Assembly (NCBI GenBank): GCA_029262065.1
Contig: JAJDAC010000044.1
Location: 66,827 to 130,826 of the forward strand
Source: Candidatus Krumholzibacteriota bacterium
Lineage (GTDB): Bacteria > Krumholzibacteriota > Krumholzibacteriia > JAJRXK01
Length of the DNA: 64,000 nt
Reading direction: 5' to 3'
Shown here: piece by piece, positions 58,900 through 64,000 of the stretch
How the letters are laid out: every line of letters begins with the position of its first letter
Position numbering within the stretch: position 1 is the stretch's first letter
Notes under the pieces: model-generated
What the model was told of the DNA's origin: nothing
Seen by the model: only the letters and a program-made list of their open reading frames with translations
The model's database searches: none
Made by a program: the position numbers and the translations under genes

Positions 58900-59321
58900 A
58901 ACTCGAGCAGGCGATCGACCTTCTCGCGCACATCGGGTTCCATGGCCACGGCTTTCATGGTCTTCAAGTCGACGAAGACCTTGGTGATGGTACCGGCGGC
59001 GAGAACTTGCGCGTCTTGCCCCTCGTCAGGACGGACGATCTCGAACCGCCAGGTCCAGCTCCGTTCGCTGCGCCGCAGGATCTGGGCTCGGACCTCGATG
59101 GTGTCGCCGTGCCGGATGGGACCCGTGAAGTCGCTCTCGCAGTGGACGATGGGCGCGCCGACCCCTCGCTTCTCGAAGAATTCCTGGAACGGGATCTTCA
59201 AGACCTCGTGGAAGAAGTCCTCGTAGGCCAGGTGGAAGTAGTGGAAGACGCGCGGGTAGTAGACGAGTCCCGCGTGGTCGGTATGACCAAACGGAACGCG
59301 CATCCGATAGCGATGGATCAA
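58896..59321 (-). CDS. hotdog-fold acyl-CoA thioesterase (4HBT/YbgC-like)
   Basis: 141 aa. VPFGHTDHAGLVYYPRVFHYF N-terminal signature of 4HBT thioesterases. Confidence 0.75.
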   Translation of the reverse strand: MIHRYRMRVPFGHTDHAGLVYYPRVFHYFHLAYEDFFHEVLKIPFQEFFEKRGVGAPIVHCESDFTGPIRHGDTIEVRAQILRRSERSWTWRFEIVRPDEGQDAQVLAAGTITKVFVDLKTMKAVAMEPDVREKVDRLLEF

Positions 59322-59345
59322 GAGAAGCCCCTGCTGGTTGAGGTG

Positions 59346-59365
59346 GTCAACATACGAGTATACCC
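59346..59365. repeat. near-palindrome GAGTATACCCGGGTACACTA (copy 2 of the 10496 palindrome) in the thioesterase / lipoprotein divergent intergenic region
   Basis: 18/20 identical to GAGTGTACCCGGGTACACTC. The central 14 nt TACCCGGGTACACT are identical. Confidence 0.75.
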
Positions 59366-59516
59366 GGGTACACTACGGCGTCGCTCCGTTCAAGAACTTA
59401 TGGGATCCAAGTCCGTGGACCGTGTCAACGAACGAAGAATCTGGTCACAGGAGTCGCGCAGCTCCGACCTCTTCCCTGAAGCCACCCTCGATCGACTCAT
59501 CCATCGGAGAATCTGA

Positions 59517-60716
59517 ATGCGCCTCTTTGCCACCCTGCTCCTTTTCCTAGCCCTTGTCGCCTGCGGCAGTGACGACCCGATGGGCCCCAGCGCGCCCCGA
59601 ACCGTATCTGGAACCGTAACCAAAGGACCCGTGCTAGCGGCGTCCGTCAGCTTGCTGGCCGTAGATGCCAGTGGCAACCCCGGTTCCGTCGTGGCCGGGC
59701 CCTTTGCCACCGACGCAGAGGGACGTTGGTCAGGGACGGTGTCCGCCAATCAGAGCGGTCCCTTCTTCTTGCTCGCCACCGGTGGGTCCTACGAAGACGA
59801 GGCCACCGGGGCCACGGTCGACATCGGATCCGGCACCATGATGGGTTACTCCACCGGCGGATCCGGCGTGGTGTCGCCCTACACCCAGCTGCTCGTTGAC
59901 GTGGTTGACGCCGCCGATGCTTCCTGGAGTTCGTCAGCTGCGTGGACGGAAGCCATCGCCAACTTCGAACAGAATTTCGGCTTCGACCCCACCCGCGACG
60001 TGCCCTCGAGCGCGGGCACGGAAGCAGAGCGGAGATACCTTGGCGCACTCGGCGGGCTTTCGTTGCTCATCGACGACAGCGCCGCCCTATCGGGGCTGAG
60101 TGGGGTGGGCCTTTTCGAACTTGTGATGGCTCTGGTCGCGGACATGGCCGACGGGAGTCTCGACGGCGAACGCCTGGACGGATCGACGATCTTGATCGAC
60201 GGCAGCATCGTCGTGCTTCCGGGCATCGATGTGGGAAGCCTTGGCCTCCTGGTCGACGCCATGAATGACTACGCCGAATCGATCGCCGCGTTGTCCGATC
60301 TCTTTTACGACCCGCTGGATCTCGACTTCAGTGAACTCTACGCCCCCATCGTGGGTGGCACCGGTCAACTGACTTTGGGCGGCCCCGGCGAAAGCAGTTT
60401 GCCGGAAAGTAGTTTCGATGCCGCGAGCGTGACATCGCCAACCGAGGACATCCACTTCTGGCGCATGCCGATCAGCTCCGGAGTCTTGTCCGTGAACATT
60501 GTGGACGCGGTGGGCACCGGCGGATTCTTTCGATCCGTGCTCTTCGGCTACAGCGATGCTTCCGACAACCTGGTGACCTGGGAAGCTCTCTATACCTCCA
60601 ACGGAGGCGCCGTAACCAAGGTCGGCAACGAGTTCACGCTGGTGGACGTGACGCTGGGCTCGAACCACGGACTGGGAAACCTGACGTTGAACGGAGTTCT
60701 TACGTTCGGTGACTGA
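59517..60716 (+). CDS. lipoprotein of unknown function with an N-terminal carboxypeptidase-regulatory-like (CarbopepD_reg) beta-sandwich
   Basis: Lipobox LALVAC. TVSGTVTKGPVLAASVSLLAVDASGNPG...TDAEGRWSG. 399 aa. Confidence 0.6.
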   Translation: MRLFATLLLFLALVACGSDDPMGPSAPRTVSGTVTKGPVLAASVSLLAVDASGNPGSVVAGPFATDAEGRWSGTVSANQSGPFFLLATGGSYEDEATGATVDIGSGTMMGYSTGGSGVVSPYTQLLVDVVDAADASWSSSAAWTEAIANFEQNFGFDPTRDVPSSAGTEAERRYLGALGGLSLLIDDSAALSGLSGVGLFELVMALVADMADGSLDGERLDGSTILIDGSIVVLPGIDVGSLGLLVDAMNDYAESIAALSDLFYDPLDLDFSELYAPIVGGTGQLTLGGPGESSLPESSFDAASVTSPTEDIHFWRMPISSGVLSVNIVDAVGTGGFFRSVLFGYSDASDNLVTWEALYTSNGGAVTKVGNEFTLVDVTLGSNHGLGNLTLNGVLTFGD

Positions 60717-60724
60717 TACCAAGG

Positions 60725-60753
60725 GGCTCACGCCTTGAAATGAGGCGTGAGCC
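60725..60753 (+). terminator. stable hairpin GGCTCACGCCT-tgaaatg-AGGCGTGAGCC 8 nt after the stop of the 59517 gene (terminator candidate without a clear U-tract)
   Basis: 11-bp perfect GC-rich stem, 7-nt loop. Downstream gaagctactcttg is only weakly T-rich. Confidence 0.4.
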
Positions 60754-60990
60754 GAAGCTACTCTTGAACACCATTCCCACCTGCGCATCCCAACCAAGCG
60801 AACTGCTCGTCTCATGCCAAGGGCGATAGCCCGGGCCAGTTGACCACCCCCCATCCAATTCGATACCCTGTCTTGAGAAGTCGTCGGGCCCAACTCCCCC
60901 TGCCCACCATGGGCCCGATCACTGCGACGGCCTATCCTCCCCAGACCGCGCAGTCCATATGTACGGATGACTACGCCCAGGAGGCATAGC

Positions 60991-63900
60991 ATGCGGTCCC
61001 TATTCATCTGGCAGGCCCTTTCTCTTCTTCTCCTATGTTCCGCCACGCCGAGTGCGGCAGCGAGAAACCTCGAATCGAGCGGGGCACCCGAATTCCGTGA
61101 GGTCCCACGCGGGCTCACCCCGGAAGACCTCGACCGCCAGGTCATCAGCAGCCGCTCGACTGGCACCACAGCGAAGTCGGGACAACGGTTCTACCTGTAC
61201 GGCGCACCGGGAACCCTCGACGGTACGTTCCAGACCTCCCAGGGGGTTCCCGACTGGCAGGGATGGGCCACAAAGGACTACACCTACGATGCCGCCCACT
61301 GGCACGTGTCCGATTTCAACGCCGCGAACCTGAACGAAAACGGCGCGGGAAACATGGGCATGTGGTGCGGAGACAATCCCGCCACCGGATGGGCGGCACC
61401 GCCAGGCTACGGAAACGGCTGGCGCGACTACCTTGTGTGGCGATCTGGACCAATTGCCGACCCTTCGCAGGGGCAGACCATCGATCTCGATTTCTTCTTC
61501 AACTACGAAACCGAGCCGGGCTACGACTTCTTCAAGGTCGAATATCTCAACAGCACGGGCTGGAACACCGTGTACGCGGTGTACGGAACGAACAAGGTGG
61601 GCGGAACGGGCGGGGTGTTCCCGACGCCGGGCGTCCAGTACTCCACAGTGGGCGCACCGCCCATCGAGTATCTTGGCAACGACTACGCCGGCGATGGTAA
61701 CGATGAAATCGTGCTACGCCTGACCTTCACGTCCGACGGGATCGGAGCGGACGAAACCGGCATCTACTTCCTCACCGACGCCGGGGCCGTACAAGTGGAC
61801 GACGTCTCCGTGTCCTACGAAGACGCCGGCCCCCAGGTCGATTTCTCCGACTTCGAAGGATCCGGGCCCTTCAGTTGGCAGCCAGAACTCGCACCGTTTG
61901 TCGGGGACTTCGCCAAGATCTTCCAGAATCTGACCGATCTCGACGATTGCCGTGACAACCGCTCGCCGCAAATGACGTTCATCGACGACGGCACGTCGCC
62001 CAGCAATGCGCCGGGACAATCCACCGGCGGAAGCACCTCACCGGAGTGGTCCTACGGTACCCCCGGGGGCTGGACCACGAACGACAGCGGCGGGCTGGCC
62101 GGCGAGGGATACTATCTGTACAACGAATTGCGATCGCCGGGATTTCCCATCGACCTTCCCGGTACCGAAGATGACAGCGAGCACTTCGTGTACGTGGTGG
62201 AATGGGAGGCCTTCGAACATCACCCGCAGATCACGCCTACTTTGTTTCCGTGGCTCCTGGGATCGCTCGACGGAGGCGTGAACTACAACCGGTTCTTCAG
62301 AGTAACCTTTCCTGGCTATGCCCTACCCACTCCTCCGCGGGACTACGCTCGAAGCGCCTACACAGATTTCTACCTGATACAGACACCAACTCATCTCAAG
62401 CTCCTTCTTCGCTTCTACGACAGTGATACCTACGGGGAGACCTACGACGCAACGCCTGCGCCCTTCCTCGACAACGTACGTGTGTACAAGGAGCTGTCGG
62501 GGCCCATCATTTCCGCCAACCACTGGCAACTGTTCCAGGACGCCTTCCCGGCCAACGGCAGTCTCGATGTGAGTACAATGGCGGCACGCGATGCGCTCGA
62601 CGTGCGCCTCGACAGCGCCGAGGACAACCCTTGGGGCGATGGGAACGCGGCCGTGTTCACGATCGAGCCGGTGGCCTACGGAGCCGGGGGCACTTCGTAT
62701 GTCCTGCACTGGACCCTCGACAAGAACCCACTCTTCGAAGACGCCATTCGAACTCTGCCGGCCGGGTCGACCGTGTCGGTGGGTACCGGACCAAACGGCT
62801 GGGACCAAGTGACCGGCACGGCATCACGAACGTCGCTGGGCAACTCGCTGTGGTCGTTCGACCTGCCCGACCAGGACTTCTTCTACCCGGGCGACCGGCT
62901 CAGGTACTACATCGAAGCGCAGTCCTTGGAATTCATGGCGCAGACAGGGGGACCCGTGTCGACGCTGCCCGCGGACCTCACCGGCTACAGCGACGGTGTG
63001 GGCTACGACCCATTGTTCACCGTGCGGGCACTGCCCACCATTACGGATACGGCCGGAAGCCACCCTGCGATACTACTCGTCGACTACGACCAGAACGGCG
63101 ACTCAGCCAAACTGTGGAAGCAGACACTCGGCCAGATCGGCCTGGAGTTCGACCGCGATGTGGATGTGTTCCTCGGTCGTGGCCTCGAGGCAAACCTGGC
63201 CAGTACCAACCTGGGCGCCAATGTCGCCCAACTCGGCGGATACTCGTGTGTGTTGATGTCCACGAGGGTATGGCCTCACCTAGACGATTACGACATGCTC
63301 GAGCAGTGGCACGCCGGGCCCGGAGACAAGCTGGCGGCTTTCTTCGGCGACGATGTGGTGACCGCGGCGCCAACTACGTTTCGTAGCGACGTCATGGGCG
63401 TGCAGTACCTACAGTCGAGCGCGTCGAGCCTGGTTGGCAACCAGAAGGCGCCGCTCGTGAATCCACAGCAGGCACCGTTCGCCACCGGCTTCGTCGCGAA
63501 CGCCGGCTGCTATCTCCGCGGTCTCGACGCCATCTTGCCAACGGCTGGATCCACAGCGCCCCACGCATACGACGACGGCGCGGGAGGAACCTATCCTGCT
63601 ACCGTCGCGTCGGTGCTTTGGGACAGGATCGATGGCAGTAGTAACCGGATCATCGACGTGACCTTTCCCTACGGGTTGGATGCGATCGAGAACGAGCACG
63701 CCAAGACGCCAGGAGCGTCTGCGCGGGCGGAGTTATTGGCCGAGGTACTGGGCCTGGCGGCGCACTCGGGCGGAACGCCCACGCCGGCGCCGGTGCCGCA
63801 GCTTGCCGGTATCTACGGCCTGCAGGCACTACCCAACCCCTTCAACCCCCGCACCGAGATCAGTTTCCGGTTGGGTCAGGCCGGTGACACCCAGGTCCAG

Positions 63901-64000
63901 GTGTTCGATGTACGCGGCCGTCACGTGGCCGAGCTGCACCGCGGCCACCTGGACGCTGGTGATCATCGGCTGCTTTGGTCGGGACAGAGTGCCCGGGGCG
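60991..64000 (+). CDS. large secreted protein, paralog of the 4134..7388 gene, with a Por/T9SS-type CTD. 3' end beyond the window; absent from the ORF track.
   Basis: ATG 60991 after AGGAGG. Signal peptide MRSLFIWQALSLLLLCSATPSAAA. Shared motifs with the 4134 protein: FYLYGAPGTLDGTFQT, PPGYGNGW, GYDFFKVEY, DAGAVQVDDVSVSYED, FSDFEGSG...APFVGDF, DRLRYYIEAQ, FTVRALPTITDTAG. CTD ALPNPFNPRTEISFRL...VQVFDVRGRHVAEL is still open at 64000. Confidence 0.7.
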   Translation, partial: MRSLFIWQALSLLLLCSATPSAAARNLESSGAPEFREVPRGLTPEDLDRQVISSRSTGTTAKSGQRFYLYGAPGTLDGTFQTSQGVPDWQGWATKDYTYDAAHWHVSDFNAANLNENGAGNMGMWCGDNPATGWAAPPGYGNGWRDYLVWRSGPIADPSQGQTIDLDFFFNYETEPGYDFFKVEYLNSTGWNTVYAVYGTNKVGGTGGVFPTPGVQYSTVGAPPIEYLGNDYAGDGNDEIVLRLTFTSDGIGADETGIYFLTDAGAVQVDDVSVSYEDAGPQVDFSDFEGSGPFSWQPELAPFVGDFAKIFQNLTDLDDCRDNRSPQMTFIDDGTSPSNAPGQSTGGSTSPEWSYGTPGGWTTNDSGGLAGEGYYLYNELRSPGFPIDLPGTEDDSEHFVYVVEWEAFEHHPQITPTLFPWLLGSLDGGVNYNRFFRVTFPGYALPTPPRDYARSAYTDFYLIQTPTHLKLLLRFYDSDTYGETYDATPAPFLDNVRVYKELSGPIISANHWQLFQDAFPANGSLDVSTMAARDALDVRLDSAEDNPWGDGNAAVFTIEPVAYGAGGTSYVLHWTLDKNPLFEDAIRTLPAGSTVSVGTGPNGWDQVTGTASRTSLGNSLWSFDLPDQDFFYPGDRLRYYIEAQSLEFMAQTGGPVSTLPADLTGYSDGVGYDPLFTVRALPTITDTAGSHPAILLVDYDQNGDSAKLWKQTLGQIGLEFDRDVDVFLGRGLEANLASTNLGANVAQLGGYSCVLMSTRVWPHLDDYDMLEQWHAGPGDKLAAFFGDDVVTAAPTTFRSDVMGVQYLQSSASSLVGNQKAPLVNPQQAPFATGFVANAGCYLRGLDAILPTAGSTAPHAYDDGAGGTYPATVASVLWDRIDGSSNRIIDVTFPYGLDAIENEHAKTPGASARAELLAEVLGLAAHSGGTPTPAPVPQLAGIYGLQALPNPFNPRTEISFRLGQAGDTQVQVFDVRGRHVAELHRGHLDAGDHRLLWSGQSARG

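Overview
This is a 64-kb window of very high-GC DNA (about 65-70% GC by eye). It is densely coding, with spurious antisense ORFs on every strand, so protein motifs carried more weight than ORF length in the calls below. There are no rRNA or tRNA genes, no CRISPR arrays and no recognisable IS or transposase.

The gene content falls into six blocks:

1. 1..3886, minus strand: a conserved housekeeping operon uppS-cdsA-dxr-rseP. rseP runs off the window edge and is missing from the ORF track.
2. 4134..17515: a mixed region.
   - A large secreted protein with a T9SS/FlgD-Ig-like C-terminal domain (CTD); a paralog runs off the right edge from 60991.
   - CorA.
   - A frameshifted SIMPL-family gene.
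   - A DUF360 holin-like membrane protein.
   - A DUF222-HNH endonuclease gene preceded by a conspicuous AT-rich island.
   - The first of two paralogous Ser/Thr kinases with TPR arrays.
   - A clan-CD (legumain/caspase-like) peptidase with a CTD.
3. 17726..19996: a long-form isocitrate lyase.
4. 19997..37447: a tightly packed N-heterocycle (purine/pyrimidine) catabolic supercluster resembling the poorly understood E. coli ygfK-ssnA-xdhD neighbourhood.
   - A CDA-fold nucleobase deaminase.
   - A YgfK-like Fe-S oxidoreductase lacking the usual flavin domain.
   - Two beta-ureidopropionase-like carbon-nitrogen (CN) hydrolases.
   - Two fold-type-II PLP enzymes.
   - An SsnA-like amidohydrolase.
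   - A fused XdhD-like molybdoenzyme.
   - A three-subunit XDH/CODH-type molybdenum hydroxylase.
   - XdhC.
   - MocA.
   - A SUOX-fold molybdoenzyme.
   Nine consecutive genes overlap by 4 nt (ATGA).
5. 37448..55034: an island of secreted and cell-surface proteins, many ending in the same Por/T9SS-type CTD.
   - A lamin-tail-domain protein.
   - A beta-propeller repeat protein.
   - An HExxH metalloprotease.
   - A 2418-aa DUF11 giant.
   - A protein built from three ~133-aa repeats.
   - A Big_2 lipoprotein.
6. 55071..64000: a serine beta-lactamase-like hydrolase, the second STK-TPR kinase, a hotdog thioesterase, a lipoprotein and the edge-truncated paralog.

The features most worth a second look are:
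- A conserved C-terminal tail xVAxxxSxGxVKxR[FY] shared by three unrelated secreted proteins, a candidate novel sorting signal.
- A perfect 20-bp palindrome (GAGTGTACCCGGGTACACTC) with a near-identical second copy ~49 kb away.
- Two intrinsic terminators that share an identical stem.
- The domain-reduced YgfK-like enzyme and the unusual composition of the catabolic cluster.

The source is probably an uncultivated high-GC lineage of the FCB/Gemmatimonadota-like groups that use Por-type CTDs. That assignment is an inference only.
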